Shown here in pieces: positions 46,588 through 61,071 of a stretch of DNA of 64,000 bases (within the stretch, counting starts at the first letter, position 1; each line of letters begins with the position of its first letter). Source of the DNA: Scyliorhinus canicula (taxonomy: Eukaryota). Under the pieces are notes generated by a model. The model worked only from the letters and a program-made list of their open reading frames with translations, was not told the origin of the DNA and made no database searches. The DNA lies in contig NC_052154.1 in NCBI RefSeq assembly GCF_902713615.1, positions 92,139,030 through 92,203,029 of the forward strand. The letters are read 5' to 3'. The translations under genes were made by a program, and so were the position numbers.

Positions 46588-49571
46588 TCAATTCCTGGGG
46601 CATTGGGACCGGTTCTGGGGGAGGTGGGACCAGTACAAACCGGACGGTCTGCACTTGGGCAGGACTGGAACCGATGTCCTAGGGGGGGTGTTTGCTAGAG
46701 CTGTTGGGGAGGGTTTAAACTAATGTGGCAGGGGGATGGGAACCAATGCTGGAAGTTGGAAGGTAGTAAAACAGGTACAGAAACAAAAGGAAGTAAGGGG
46801 AAAAGTGCAAGGCAGAGAAGACATAGTCAGAAATCCATAAGGGCGACAGTGCAAGGTACAGTGACTGAGGGGAGCACAGTGAATAGGCCCAGTAATAACA
46901 AAAGGAATAAAACTGGAGATGTTAAGATTCAAAACAGAGGTAAAAAAACCAACATAAGTGAACTTTACCTGAATGCTCGTAGTATTCGGAATAAAGTAAA
47001 TGAGTTGGTGGCACAAATCATCGTAAATGACTATGATTTAGTGGCCATTACTGAAACATGGTTAAAGGATGGTCACGACTGGGAGTTAAATATCCGAGGG
47101 TATCAAACTATTCGGAAGGACAGAGTGGATGGTAAGGGAGGTGGTGTTGCTCTGTTATTTAAGGATGACATCCGGGCAATAAGAACATAAGAACATAAGA
47201 ACATAAGAACTAGGAACAGGAGTAGGCCATCTGGCCCCTCGAGCCTGCTCCGCCATTCAATTAGATCATGGCTGATCTTTTGTGGACTCAGCTCCACTTT
47301 CCGGCCCGAACACCATAACCCTTAATCCCTTTATTCTTCAAAAACTATCTATCTTTACCTTAAAACATGTAATGAAGGAGCCTCAACTGCTTCACTGGGC
47401 AAGGAATTCCATAGATTCACAACCCTTTGGGTGAAGAAGTTCCTCCTAAACTCAGTCCTAAATCTACTTCCCCTTATTTTGAGGCTATGCCCCCTAGTTC
47501 TGCTGTCACCCGCCAGTGGAAACAACCTGCCCGCATCTATCCTATCTATTCCCTTCATAATTTTAAATGTTTCTATAAGATCCCCCCTCATCCTTCTAAA
47601 TTCCAACGAGTACAGTCCCAGTCTACTCAACCTCTCCTCATAATCCAACCCCTTCAGCTCTGGGATTAGTAAGGGATGACATCGGTGCTATGGAGGATAA
47701 GGTTGAATCCATTTGGGTGGAAATCAGGAATAGTAAGGCGAAAAAGTCACTGATAGGAGTAGTCTATCGGCCACCAAATAGTAACGATATGGTGGGGCAG
47801 GCAATAAACAAAGAAATAACTGATGCATGTAGAAATGGTACAGCAGTTATCATGGGGGATTTCAATCTACATGTCGATTGGTTTAACCAGGTCGGTCAAG
47901 GAAACCGTGAGGAGGAGTTTATAGAATGTATCCGCGATAGTTTCCTAGAACAGTATGTAATGGAACCTACGAGGGAACAAGCGGTCCTAGATCTTGTCCT
48001 GTGTAATGAGACAGGATTGATTCATGATCTCATAGTTAGGGATCCTCTCGGAAGGAGCGATCACAATATGGTGGAATTTAAAATACAGATGGAGGGTGAG
48101 AAAGTAAAATCAAATACTAGTGTTTGGTGTTTAAACAAAGGAGATTACAAGGGGATGAGAGAAGAACTAGCTAAGGTAGACTGGGAGCTAAGACTTTATG
48201 GTGGAACAGTTGAGGAACAGTGGAGAACCTTCCAAGCGATTTTTCACAGTGCTCAGCAAAGGTTTATACCAACAAAAAGGAAGGACGGAAGAAAGAGGGA
48301 AAATCGACCGTGGATATCTAAGGAAATAAGGGAGAGTATCAAATTGAAGGAAAAAGCATATAAAGTGGCAAAGAGTGCTGGGAGATTAGAGGACTGGGAA
48401 ATCTTTAGGGGGCAACAGAAAGCTACTAAAAAAGCTATAAAGAAGAGTAAGATAGAGTATGAGAGTAAACTTGCTCAGAATATAAAAACAGACAGTAAAA
48501 GTTTTTACAAATATATAAGACAAAAAAGAGTGGCTAAGGTAAATATTGGTCCTTTAGAGGATGAGAAGGGAGTTTTAATAATGGGAAATGAGGAAATGGC
48601 TGAGGAACTGAACAGGTTTTTTGGGTCGGTCTTCACAGTGGAAGACACAAATAACATGCCAGCGACTGATAGAAATGAGGCTATGACAGGTGAGGACCTT
48701 GAGAGGTTTGTTATCACTAAGGAGGGAGTGATGGGCAAGCTAATGGGGCTAAAGGTAGACAAGTCTCCTGGCCCTGATGGAATGCATCCCAGAGTCCTAA
48801 AAGAGATGGCTAGGGAAATTGCAGATGCACTAGTGATAATTTACCGAAATTCACTAGACTCTGGGGTGGTCCCGGTGGATTGGAAATTAGCAAACGTGAC
48901 GCCACTGTTTAAAAAAGGAGGTAGGCAGAAAGCAGGAAATTATAGGCCAGTGAGTTTAACTTCGGTAATAGGGAAGATGCTGGAATCTATCATCAAGGAA
49001 GAAATTGCGAGGCATCTGGATAGAAATTGTCCCATTGGGCAGACGCAGCATGGGTTCGTTAAAGGCAGGTCGTGCCTAACTAATTTAGTGGAATTTTTTG
49101 AGGACATTACCAGTGCAGTAGATAACGGGGAGCCGATGGATGTGGTATATCTGGATTTCCAGAAAGCCTTTGACAAGGTGCCACACAAAAGGTTGCTGCA
49201 TAAGATTAAGATGCATGGCATTAAGGGTAAAGTAGTAGCATTGATAGAGGATTGGTTAATTAATAGAAAGCAAAGAGTTGGGATAAATGGTGTTTCTCTG
49301 GTTGGCAATCAGTAGCTAGTGGTGTCCCTCAGGGATCCGTGTTGGGCCCACAATTGTTCACAATTACATTGATGATTTGGAGTTGGGGACCAAGGGCAAT
49401 GTGTCCAAGTTTGCAGATGACACTAAGATGAGTGGTAAAGCGAAAAGTGCAGAGGATACTGGAAGTCTGCAGAGGGATTTGGATAGGTTAAGTGAATGGG
49501 CTCAGGTCTGGCAGATGGAATACAATGTTGACAAATGTGAGGTTATCCATTTTGGTAGGAATAACAGCAAA
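46588..49571 (+). mobile_element. 5'-truncated CR1 LINE cut off by the gap
   Basis: ORF1 end (FLGHWDRFWG), EN start, a 541-aa ORF2 segment and FADD. Confidence 0.95.
47182..47668 (-). mobile_element. CR1 3' fragment nested antisense in the CR1 endonuclease region
   Basis: Splits the host at gggcaata|gtaaggg and carries its own (TTCTTATG)n tail. Confidence 0.92.
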
Positions 49572-50071
49572 NNNNNNNNNNNNNNNNNNNNNNNNNNNNN
49601 NNNNNNNNNNNNNNNNNNNNNNNNNNNNNNNNNNNNNNNNNNNNNNNNNNNNNNNNNNNNNNNNNNNNNNNNNNNNNNNNNNNNNNNNNNNNNNNNNNNN
49701 NNNNNNNNNNNNNNNNNNNNNNNNNNNNNNNNNNNNNNNNNNNNNNNNNNNNNNNNNNNNNNNNNNNNNNNNNNNNNNNNNNNNNNNNNNNNNNNNNNNN
49801 NNNNNNNNNNNNNNNNNNNNNNNNNNNNNNNNNNNNNNNNNNNNNNNNNNNNNNNNNNNNNNNNNNNNNNNNNNNNNNNNNNNNNNNNNNNNNNNNNNNN
49901 NNNNNNNNNNNNNNNNNNNNNNNNNNNNNNNNNNNNNNNNNNNNNNNNNNNNNNNNNNNNNNNNNNNNNNNNNNNNNNNNNNNNNNNNNNNNNNNNNNNN
50001 NNNNNNNNNNNNNNNNNNNNNNNNNNNNNNNNNNNNNNNNNNNNNNNNNNNNNNNNNNNNNNNNNNNNNNN
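49572..50071. other. Assembly gap (exactly 500 N)
   Basis: Direct reading of the sequence. Confidence 1.
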
Positions 50072-53000
50072 TGGGTTTATATTCTCTTTCGAAGAGTTAT
50101 TAAGTTTTAACGACTGTATTGTATATGGGCTTGTTTCACTTTGATAGTTTAAAAGTATCTTGATGTAAACATCTTACTACAACTCGTTATTCATTTTGGG
50201 CATATCGTCTCCTCTCAGATCTGATTTTTAAAAATGCTTTCGTTTCAATAGTTAACTTTTATTTCTGTGATTTCAAATCGTTTAATTTTCCAATTGTCCC
50301 CAGTTCATAACTTTGCCTTTGATTTTGACTTAAATGATGTTTCTCGTAGCCAGGTCATCTCCAATTTTCTTTTAATTAACTTGATGTTCGTAGAATTTTA
50401 CCCCTTAAATTGACACTAAATTCGACTGAGCATCTTCCATTCTTTCCAGCTGTTACTAAGAGAGTTTATTTCAATTAAGGTGTGAAACTTTGCTCTTAGC
50501 TGTATGCTAAAATTTAACTTGGTTGTGACTTGAAAGACTTGCCTGTTTTAAACATTCGTCCCTTAATGCAATTGAAACTCTCATCCATGCTTTTTCAGAT
50601 GCTTTCTGAGATAGTTAATTCCATGATGGTGTGAGCCATTGTTTCTGCTGAACCTGCTTGTGCGCAAGAATCTGCATTTTGTAACCCTGCTCTTTGCAGC
50701 TGCTATTAACCTTTTGTGCGATCTTTCCCTGTACCCTCTCAACCAGATATTGCCAGGCTTTCATGTTTCAAATGACACATTTTTCTGTATATCAAGAACC
50801 CACCGCAAAGAAATTAATTGCCTTGTGGAGGGAATACTGTCAGTTAGTGAAAGATGCATCTATACTGGCTAGCTGGCAGGAAAATGCCTCAAAATTGGGT
50901 ATTGGCCTCACTAAAGGGGGAATTGTTAAAACAGTAGAGGTCTTAAAAAGGGAATGTAAAGAATATAAGAAACGTAAGAATGCTAATCCTACTCCGGCGC
51001 CGGTCAGCAATGTGAAGCAAGGTTGGGAGGAGGGGACGATGGGGATGAGGAACATCTGTTCAATTGCGGGGACGTCAAAAGCCCCCACAGCCTCCACAGC
51101 CTCCACAGTCCCCACAGCCCCCACAGCCACCTCCGCCACCGCCCCTGGAATGTGATCAGTATTATGAGTAACTCAGTATGTTCAGAACTACATTGGTCTC
51201 AGAATAAACAGATAAAGAATTTGTGCTGGGCAGTTTCGAAAACTGCTGCGTTGAAATTGACACTGCATGGCTCCGCAGGGTCCTAGTGCCCGCTCGATCA
51301 CAACAGTCACTAGCAGAACCGCCTCAAGGAGGCACTCCTCCAGGCCCCTGCCCTTGGTCGACCCTTATATGATCGCCCTTTTCAGCTCTATTGCACAGTC
51401 CTTGCCGACTGCGCCACAGCTGTCCTGACCCAACGCCACGGCGACCGCTGTCGCCCGGTTGCATACTACTCCTCTAAACGCGATCCGGTAGCCCTTGGCT
51501 ATCCTATCTGTACCCAAATTCTTGCAGCTATCTACAACAGCCTGCAATCGGCTGCTAATATTACCCTCCAACAAGATATCACTGTCTACAGTTCCCATTC
51601 TGTTACGGCCCTTTTGGGACAGCTACAGACTCAGCATCTCACGATGGCTCGTCAGAACAAATATGAGATTGCTCTCCTTAATAACCCGAAGGTCCAGTTT
51701 GCCCACTGCACCACTATCAACCCTGCTGACTTTTTGACGCATCCTCCCACAGACATGCTCGACCCAACTCATGACTGTCTGCAACTGTTGCAGGAAGTCT
51801 CCTCGGTTCGAGACGACCTCTCCGATATACCCCTCCCAAGTGCAGATTGTTCCTTTTTCACCGAAGGAAGTTCTTCCGTCGGCGAAAGGGGGGATAGACA
51901 ATCTGGCTATGCAATCATCGATCAAGACGGTGATGGAAAAACAGAGGATTTCTAACCTCCGCTGGTACACCCATCTCACACCAGCAGTTAGTAACACAGT
52001 TATTGCAGGCCCTTATGCTCCCAGACAAGATAGCGGTGATAAAATGCGCAGCGCATACAAAAGGCACGGGACTGGTGGAAACGGGCAACAGGAGAGCGGA
52101 CGAGAAGGCAAAAGAAATTTCTAAATCTGGCAAACTAATGGTGCCTAGAATGATGAGGCAGACTAAAACCCCCTCGGGAAAGTCCCCCTCTGAAAAACCT
52201 ACGCCAACCATTGCTGACATAATCCAAATGCAGGAGGACGCTCCTGCAACTGCTGTAAATATGTGGAAAAACTTAGGATGTATATATGATATCGAAAATA
52301 AGCTGTGGGTCACCCCGGTAGGACAAACATGTATGACCGATGCATTAGCAGCCTGGGTGACCGAATGTGTACACTTTGCAACTCACTGTGGAGCTCGTGC
52401 CACAGGGGACATATTGTTAAAAAGCTGGTGGCACCCACGACTGCAAGAAATGGCCCAACAAATTAGCAGTCGGTGCCTAATCTGTCAACAGCACAACCCC
52501 GGTAAGGCCGTCCCCTGTGATCCTGGCACAACCCCCTTACCTGAGGGTCCATTTGAGACCCTACAAATGGATTACATTGAGTTGGAAAGATGTCCAATGC
52601 TATAAATATGTGTTAGTCATTGTGGACACTTTTAGCAAATGGATCGAGGCCTACCCGACTACGGATAACAAGGCCTCGACAGTAGTTAAGGTGTTAATGC
52701 GAGAAATTGTTCCGCGATTTGGAATTCCAGCCCGGCTGAGCTCTGACAATGGTCCCCACTTCATAGGTCAAATCAATAAGGAATTCTGTGCTCTGCTTGG
52801 AATAAAGCAACAGTTTCATTGTGCCTACAGACCACAAGCCGCTGGAGTGGTGGAAAGGGCTAATCAGACTCTAAAGACTAAACTCGATAAACTACAAGCA
52901 GACACTGGGGCCACTTGGCTCAAACTCCTGCCTTTAGCACTCTTCCAGCTACGTGCCACCCCCGCAGGAAAAACTCGCCTAAGCCCAGCGGAAATACTAT

Positions 53001-55008
53001 ATGGCAGACCCTTTCGAACGCCTTGGGACAGCAGTGTTCCACAGAATGTTCAATTCCATTACATGACTACCGAGATGGCTAATTATATATTAACACTAAC
53101 TAGAATTTTGAAAGGATTACACTCCCGAGTTCGTGCCACCCAGGAAGAAGTCCCATCCATTACTCATGACGTCTCCATCAACCCTGGGGATTATGTCCTA
53201 ATTCGAAATTGGACACGTAAAGGTTTGGAACCTCGATGGGAGGGTCCCCTACAGGTTCTACTCACTACCCCCACTGCAGTAAAAGTGGAGGGCCGGAACG
53301 CATGGGTACATATGCACCATTGTAAGTTAATTAAGTATCCATGATGTTCTAAACTTTTCCTTTAAGTCCTAGGAACACGAGTACCAGGATGAAGTCCCTC
53401 TTCACCGTCACAATACTCGCCACCCTGCTCTCTCTCGCTGCATCCGAAAGAAGGAGATGCCCGTATGGAAGCCGACGTCCACCCCTGTGCCGAGAAGGAA
53501 CCCCACGATGTGGAACAACGACAGGTCTCCGATGGATCACCACCCCTATCAACACCTGCCCGACCACCGTTCATCCCGACGACCAGAAGCCCCAATTCCT
53601 GACTACGTACATGGTTCTGATCTACGATCGCCGCACAAGCCGGTGGAACCACCGGTGCATTGATAAGGACAGGGTACAAATTTTGCCATCAAGGACTACT
53701 CACCCCTACTCGCCTTCCATAAGGAAGCGGGCAACGCACCATGTAACGGCGAATTAATTTCTGTTTATGTCCTATGTCTATGCTAAGAAAGTGGGTGTCT
53801 CCTCTTGCTGGGTATGTACACAGGTCCCGACCCATGCCCATGGAGGCGTTCCCTTGATATCTGTTCCTTTCTCGATCGAACAGACGGCTGCATGGGTTAT
53901 ATTCCAGACAGTTCAGAGAATATCACGCGTCTGGTAACCCATATCAGAGATGGAGTACAGCGCTTGCGACTCGCCGGTCAGGCTGACTGGTGGAGCTGGA
54001 TGTGGTCCAATTCTTGGGCCACTTACCTATTCCAAGGGCTCATTATCTTCGTTACCATCTGTTTGTTGCTCTGTATCATAGCTACTGGTGTGAAATGCCT
54101 ATGCAACCGTTTGGGTGCCACTGCATTACCACAGATGCTTCAGAGATCCGCCCTAGACGAAAAAGAAAAACTGGTTCCACCTACCCCTGACCTATATGAG
54201 GAAGTGGCATCCTGCCGGAGCCTAGTAGAGGAGGAGTACCTCCGCCTCGCTCTCATTTCCATCTAAAGTATCCTGAGTGTTATGTGATCAAGGAATGATC
54301 AAAGGGGGGAATGTAGAAGTGGATTTCATTTGGAACTTCGCTGATAGGGTTAATATAACAGTTCTGAAAAGCTCTGTGAAAGAGATGTCAACAGGTCAAG
54401 GGATGAAATAAAGGGAGTGTGTCTGACCGGCATCTGTAAAAGCAAAGATGTCAGAAGGTTATGGGATGGAATATAGGGAGTGTAGCTTGGCTCCACTTAA
54501 TGGCCTGACCCGCATCTGTGAAAGCAGAGAGGTCAAAAAGGCAAAGAATGGAATGAATGGGAACCGTTACTTTATTGCAGAGATAACGTAATTAAGCTCG
54601 TTTGACCAGTTGGAACAAATAAACATTGAAATGTAAAAGGAAGGGCCTTGGAATGAGATAAGCCAGATGGCCATGGGATACAAAAACCTTTGTATTAATA
54701 TTGATAGTGACTTGTGCTAATGATTATGTCAAAAATAACCTCCCGACCTCGAAGAATAATTCCATATATGTACATGTTCTGGATCCTTGCCAAATCATAG
54801 GTGTATCTAGGAATTTAAGGGGACCACCCCTAAGCTGTAAGATGTATAAGAATACCGTCCTTATTCTGGGATTTTGGCACTTCTCGAAGGTGGTTACCCG
54901 ACTGCTTAGAGATTTGTCCCGGCCGTAAATAAACGAATATTCGTTACTGACGTGTTCGAGTGTTTTACTTCTGGACTGACGATCAGATACGTGAAAGCGC
55001 AATTCACA
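50072..55008 (+). mobile_element. Second copy of the ERV 3' part (leader end to 3' LTR 54312-55008)
   Basis: Same deletions as the first copy. IN is frameshifted by an extra C at about 52594. The env ORF spans 53389-53757, and TGGC follows the LTR. Confidence 0.95.
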
Positions 55009-58000
55009 TGGCCAAATATGATTTCGCAATTCATGTACACAATACACCTCCGGATGAAAGCAAGCATGCCATATCTAGCCGAGGCAGGCACAGAAGGCTG
55101 CACAAAGTGTGCGCCAGGGCCAACATGCATGGGCCGTGCTAATCGCCTCCAGGTTCACTGTCTGGGAGGGTGAGTAGAGTGGATGGATTGGCCACGGGCA
55201 TTGGCACCCCATCCGAACCCCACACCCCCTCAAACCCCCACCAGGCACCTCCCACCTGCAACCCACTCCATGATACATACCTGCGGCACTACAGGGAGGG
55301 GGCCCTGGGTTGGCAGTAACACGGGTCAGGTCCATGGATTGGAGGATGATCACAACCCACTCTGCAATGAGCTCTGGCGCTCATCTGACTCCTGCCCACG
55401 TGACCACCTCCTCCCTCGGGGTGCCTGTTGGCGCAGCGGCTACTCCATGGAATGTGGGTGCGAGCGGAGCTACCCCTGAGGCTACCACACCTGGTGCTGC
55501 CAGTCCTGGAGGCCCGCTCTGGTCTTGACCAGTTTCTGTATGCTCGAGGCAAAGGAGCACAGGGAATGGACCATCTTCATCTGGGACTATGCCACATCAT
55601 GCTATGACTACACCACCACCTTCTGGGTCTGTGACAGCCCAGCCATTGACTGTGTCATCTCCCTCTGGGACTGGGCACCTCCCTCTATGTCTGTGCAATG
55701 TTGACCAGCACCTGGGCAATACCAATGATGTTCCCAGCCATGGCCTGCTGTGACTATGTCACACTCAGGAGCGCCACTGCAATTTACCAGGTGGCTCTGG
55801 GACATGGTCACCTGTGAGGTGGCAAACCCTCTCCTGGGCCTCAGTCAGCCCCTGCACAGATTGCCACAGGCCTTCAATATGCTGATGCACAGTCAAAATC
55901 GTCGGCTCCAATGCCTCCACCGTGAACACCACCCACGTGGTATTGGCCCGGGTGGCATGCATTTTTGGCACCACCTCCTGCTGCTGAACACGGTTGGACT
56001 CCACCAGCTGTGCCTGAAGGTACTGGATGCTCGGTGAGAACACCTCGTGTAGGCCCTGGCTCTAGGACTGCATCTGCACAATTGATGGGACTGTCTGTTT
56101 CAAAAGTCTGAGACCCATCCGGGTCCTCAGGTCGGCCTGCCCTCCGACTGACCGCCCCCTTGGGAGTTCCTTCCTGCATCTGCTGTACTGGGTTGACAAC
56201 TGTGTGGTGCGCACCAGAGAGTGCCCCAGGAGCCTCTTCACTAACGTGGACAACCGAGGTGAGAGCGTCTGGGATGGTAGAGGGTGCTGGAGACAGCTCT
56301 GATGGAAGGTCAGTATCATCCTCCAACCCGAGCTCTGGGTTGTCCTGAGTCTCAGGTGGAGGTTTGGTGCCTGAACTCCTTCCATCACTGCTCGGGGCAC
56401 AGGGGGGGCTCTAGCTATGGCACTGGCGGGGAATACCAGATAGACCCGCCAATCCACCTAACCTGCACATCTTTGGACTACGGGAGGAAACCCAGCAGAC
56501 ACGGGGAGAACGTGCAGACTCCACACTGGGGATCGAACATGGGCCCCTGGAGCTGTGAAGCAACTGTGCTAACCGTGCCGTGGTATTGACATCATTAAAT
56601 GCAGGGATAGCAGCTAAACCATAATTTGTATAATTTTACTTAGAAGCCTTGTGGTTTGGTAATTGTATATTAATTGCAAGAATGAGCAACAGTCAGAGGC
56701 TCTCTGGTGTGACTGACCAAACGTGAATAACAGGAAATATTTTATGTGGCAACGTATTGTGCAACATATCCTGCTTAGCCCAGTGGACACATTATAGAGT
56801 TGACCTCAGGTCAATCAGTGCAGCTACTTTCCACTCTGTGCTTCACACTTCTGCTCGATTATAGATGTTTTATTTAACAAGGAAGTAGTTTGTTTAAAAT
56901 TCTGAATCAATAAACGACAGAATATGTGACATTCTTTACAGCCAATAGCAGAATAAACGAGCCCTTCTCTCGCGCAGAGTATATTAATTTCAAGCTATGG
57001 TCAACTCAAGGCACCGGCGCCGGTTTGGTAAATACTGACGGACTGGAAGCATTACTTCTATACTACTTAATTCATTTTCTGTGCCACTCATCTAGTCAGA
57101 TGACAATTTATGGGAAACTCACACCTTCATTTTATATATTGATTTTTCTCCACAGATGCTGCCAGTTAATTTAAGCATTCCAAGTGTTTTCTTGCATTTA
57201 AGTCTACCTTCACTCACATAAAGCATAAGGCAAGTTTATTTTCAGTTTGGACTTGTGACGCGTGAAAATCATTAATTTAGGCTTCACAGACACAGAACAG
57301 TACAGCACAGAACAGGCCCTTCGGCCCTCGATGTTGTGCCGAGCAATGATCACCCTACACAAACCCACGTATCCACCCTATACCCGTAATCCAACAACCC
57401 CCCCCCCCCCCCTTAACCTTACTTTTTAGGACACTACGGGCAATTTAGCATGGCCAATCCACCTAACCCGCACATCTTTGGACTGTGGGAGGAAACCGGA
57501 GCACCCGGAGGAAACCCACGCACACACGGGGAGGACGTGCAGACTCCGCACAGACTGTGACCCAGCCGGGAATCGAACCTGGGACCCTGGAGCTGTGAAG
57601 CATTTATGCTAACCACCATGCTACCGTGCTGCCCCACGTCGTGTCGTCCTCTCTCCAAATGAATGAGAAACAAAAAGAATGTTAATGAAAAATCTTACAG
57701 CGAAATTTAAAATTAAAAGTGATATGTTTACTGAAATGAAATTGCGATTAATTGCATCCAAATGTGCCACTCAAGCGGCTTCCCTGCTTCCCGAATGTGT
57801 TTCTCAGTCCGACTGGTAAGACATTTATGACTGGTGGAATCTTATTTAGGTCACGAATGAGTTGATTCTTTAGAATTAATATCATCTCTCATATATATTG
57901 TTACCGAAGTCTAAATAAGGCATAACACTGAAATATTTAATCAGCCATGTGATTTCTGACGTCACTGCTAATTTTGAGATTATTTTCGAGACACAGGATC

Positions 58001-58068
58001 GCTTCGTCAAACCGTCATCCAACCATTCTCAGGCGAGCCCTCTGATCTACATATTTCCGTCGATCGAT

Positions 58069-58123
58069 ATGTTAAAGACTCGGTCACTTTGGGGCATATG
58101 TTTCCTGGGAATTTCATATCTAG
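58069..58123 (+). CDS. IgSF gene 2 copy B exon 1 (leader)
   Basis: Identical to 42750-42804. Confidence 0.72.
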
Positions 58124-58754
58124 GTAGACTTTTATATTTGTTATTGATTATTAAACTACTCTGAACAAGAACTGCTGCACGGAGGCGATCTCCCAGTGAA
58201 CATGCTATCGAGTATCATGTATATCGAGACTCCAGATTCAAAATAAGGGGCAAATGGACCAGAAGTTCTGTGAGAAAAATATTTTCACTTGGAGGGTAGT
58301 TGTAGTCGGAAATAAAGTTCTGCAAGGGGTGGTGAAGCAAGGTTCGATCGAGGTACTCAAATGGGAATTAGATTGCTACGTGAAAATAATGTGCACATTT
58401 ATAGGGTTAAAGCACGGGAGTCCGGATTAGATGCAATGCTCTTTCAGAGAGCCAGTGCAAGGTCGATTGGCCGAATAGCCTCCTTCTAAACTGTAAACAT
58501 GCTATGATTTTGTGAGCACAACTCTTTGCTGTTTTAATTTGATTAAATATTTCAGTGTTATGCCTTATTTAGACTTCGGTAACAATATATATAAGAAAGA
58601 TGATATTAATTAGAATGTGTTAATGGATACACATGCATGAGCTGGAGATCATTCGGATAGTTAGGTGCATTGAACTACTAATGTCGCAGGATGGAATTTT
58701 TGGTTATGTTGATAATTTTTCTGCATATGACTTAACCTAGCTTTTGCTGATTAG

Positions 58755-59054
58755 TTTTTGTGTGCAGTGTGAGCACGGTGACACGAAAGACGGCGCTTAG
58801 AGGTACGAATGTTACCTTCCGATGTACTTTCCCCTTTACCTTCAATCTTTCGAACATAATGGCTTACTGGTGGAAAGATGGCAATAAGAGCTTTCTGCAA
58901 CAAGACGACAGGAAAGTCTTCATTCTAAAGAGAGCCGGCGCCTACCTTCATCTTCTGAATGTAACTGTCCCGGATGCCGGGACTTATTACTGTGCAGTGA
59001 AGTCCAAGAGTCGAATGGCTGGAAAGGGAGCTGTTGTGCGACTCATTATATATG
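58755..59054 (+). CDS. IgSF gene 2 copy B exon 2 (VJ-type V domain)
   Basis: Same protein as 43436-43735, with the same splice sites. Confidence 0.9.
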
Positions 59055-60513
59055 GTAAGTGTTGCTGCCATTAAGAGATTAAAGTGTATAGTTACTGCAA
59101 ATATTCCAATGGTGTTCGCTGAAGGCGTTTAATTAAAGCCTGCGCACGTTGATACAGCGGTTAGCACTGCTGTCTCACAGTCCCAGAGGCCGAGGTTCAA
59201 TTCCGGCCTTGGGTGACTGTCTCTGTGACATTGCGCGTTCTCCCAATGTCTCTTGGATTTCCTCCCGGTGCTCTGATTTCCTCCCAAAGTCCAAAGATGT
59301 GCAGGTTAGGGGGATTGACCATGATCAATACCCGGGTTCACAGGGATCGGGCAGCGTGCTCTCTCGGTGCAGAATCGTCGGGCAGAATAGCCTCCTTCTG
59401 CACAGTAGGCAGTCTGTGAATAACGTTTATGAATTAGGGAAATTGCTAGCACCAGAATATCTGAAAACAACTGATAACTGACCCAGATCACTCCTTATTG
59501 CGTGTCTTGTTTATAATGGGAAATTAATTCAAGGCTGAAAACTTTGAGACATTTTCAGCTTGAGCGCACCACGTCAGGTTGGATAATTCCACCCAATATT
59601 TTACATTGAACAACCACATTCCGGTTCCTGATTATATGCTTATTTGAAATTCTGTACAAGTTTAATGGTTCTCTTATTTTGAAAAAGGTGGGTCGCAGAG
59701 TTCCAAATCCTCCAGTTCAGCCTGGCTGCTTCCAGCATTTGGGATGGGGCAAAATCCTTAACACAACTGCAGTAGCAGGGGAGGCTCACGCGATAACAGT
59801 TGTGCAGCTGCCCAGAGCGTGGTCCGAATCCTATCCTTTTAATTTAGAAAGAAAAAAAGGCTCTGAGTGCTGAAACAGAACGTGGTCTGATTTCTTCAGC
59901 CAACTCATGTGCAGGATGTCAATTCAACTACATTAATCTGATTAGTAGGATGATCGTTGTGGTAAACGAATTTTGTTCATTACACAATACATATATTAAT
60001 ACTGTAGGTGAGTAGACTCAGCTTAATATATATCGATACAGTGAAGAACAAATTAGATTTGGGGCCATTTAAAAACAAGGGGTTAGGATCCATCTACTTG
60101 AACGCAGTCACCTGGGAACGTAAAGAAGAAAAAAATAGTTAAATAATTGATATTTCTCTTTTTATTTATGGCGCATTGGTTAGCACTGCTGCCTCACAGC
60201 GCCAGAGACCTGGGTTCAATTCAAGCCTTGGGTGACTGTGTGGAGTTTGTATTTGCTCCCCGTGTCTGCGTGTGTTTCTTCCAGGTGCTCCAGTTTCCTC
60301 CCACATCCAAAGATCCGCAGGTTAGGTGGTTTGGCCATATTGAATTGCTCTTAGTGTCCAGGGATGTGCGGGTTAGGTGGTGTTGCAGGGATAGTGCGGG
60401 AGCGTGGTTAGGGTGCTCTTTGAGAGGGTCAGTGCAGGCACGATGGGCCAAATAGCCTCCTTCTGTATTGCTGTAGTTCTATGATTCTTACGCTTTGTGT
60501 GTTTTTAATTTAG

Positions 60514-60819
60514 CTTCCCCCGTGCCCCTCAAGATTGCCTCGATACCATGCGATGGGACTGTATCTGTCTTTTTGAGGCTGCAGTGTCGAACGGCTGAAT
60601 TTCATCCCAAAGACTTTAACCTCACCTGGCATAAAAATGGCACCAAAATTACAGAAGGTGTTACAACCAAACAACAGGAAAAGGCAGAGGGATTGTATGA
60701 AGTTATCAGTTCCTTAGAAGAGGCCCGGCCAATTGAACACGGTACCGTTTACACATGTCAAGTCTATCACGTTTCGATTTTGGATCCAGCAAACGCCAGC
60801 TATACAATCGGCAACGTAG
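60514..60819 (+). CDS. IgSF gene 2 copy B exon 3 (C1 domain)
   Basis: As 45195-45500 except FLWLQC to FLRLQC. Confidence 0.9.
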
Positions 60820-61071
60820 GTAATATTAGTACATAAAGTAGTACATATTTATGTATGTTTTAATTCCGCCACGGCTGAGTTGTGACTGCAGGTATTGAAC
60901 AAAGATAAGAAAAATATAAGGCGGTTATTGAATTTAATTTCCAGTTTATTGTGGTATTTTCGAATCCACAAGTAGCTCCAAAACTAATTTAGTGACAACA
61001 AAATTGGAGCTATGTGATGGGGTGCATTCACAATCCAGGTTGAATTAAGAGAACATTGCTAATGATAGCTT

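Noticed and set aside
46478-46723. Novel chimeric ORF (also 61797-62042 and 61922-62509)
   Set aside because: Chance fusion of flanking sequence to a 5'-truncated CR1 ORF1/ORF2.
49377-50144. Long ORFs spanning the N run
   Set aside because: Artefacts of translating the gap.
58069-60819. Counting this as a confirmed third IgSF gene
   Set aside because: It lies in the probable false duplication. It is listed as a feature, but its copy number is unverified.
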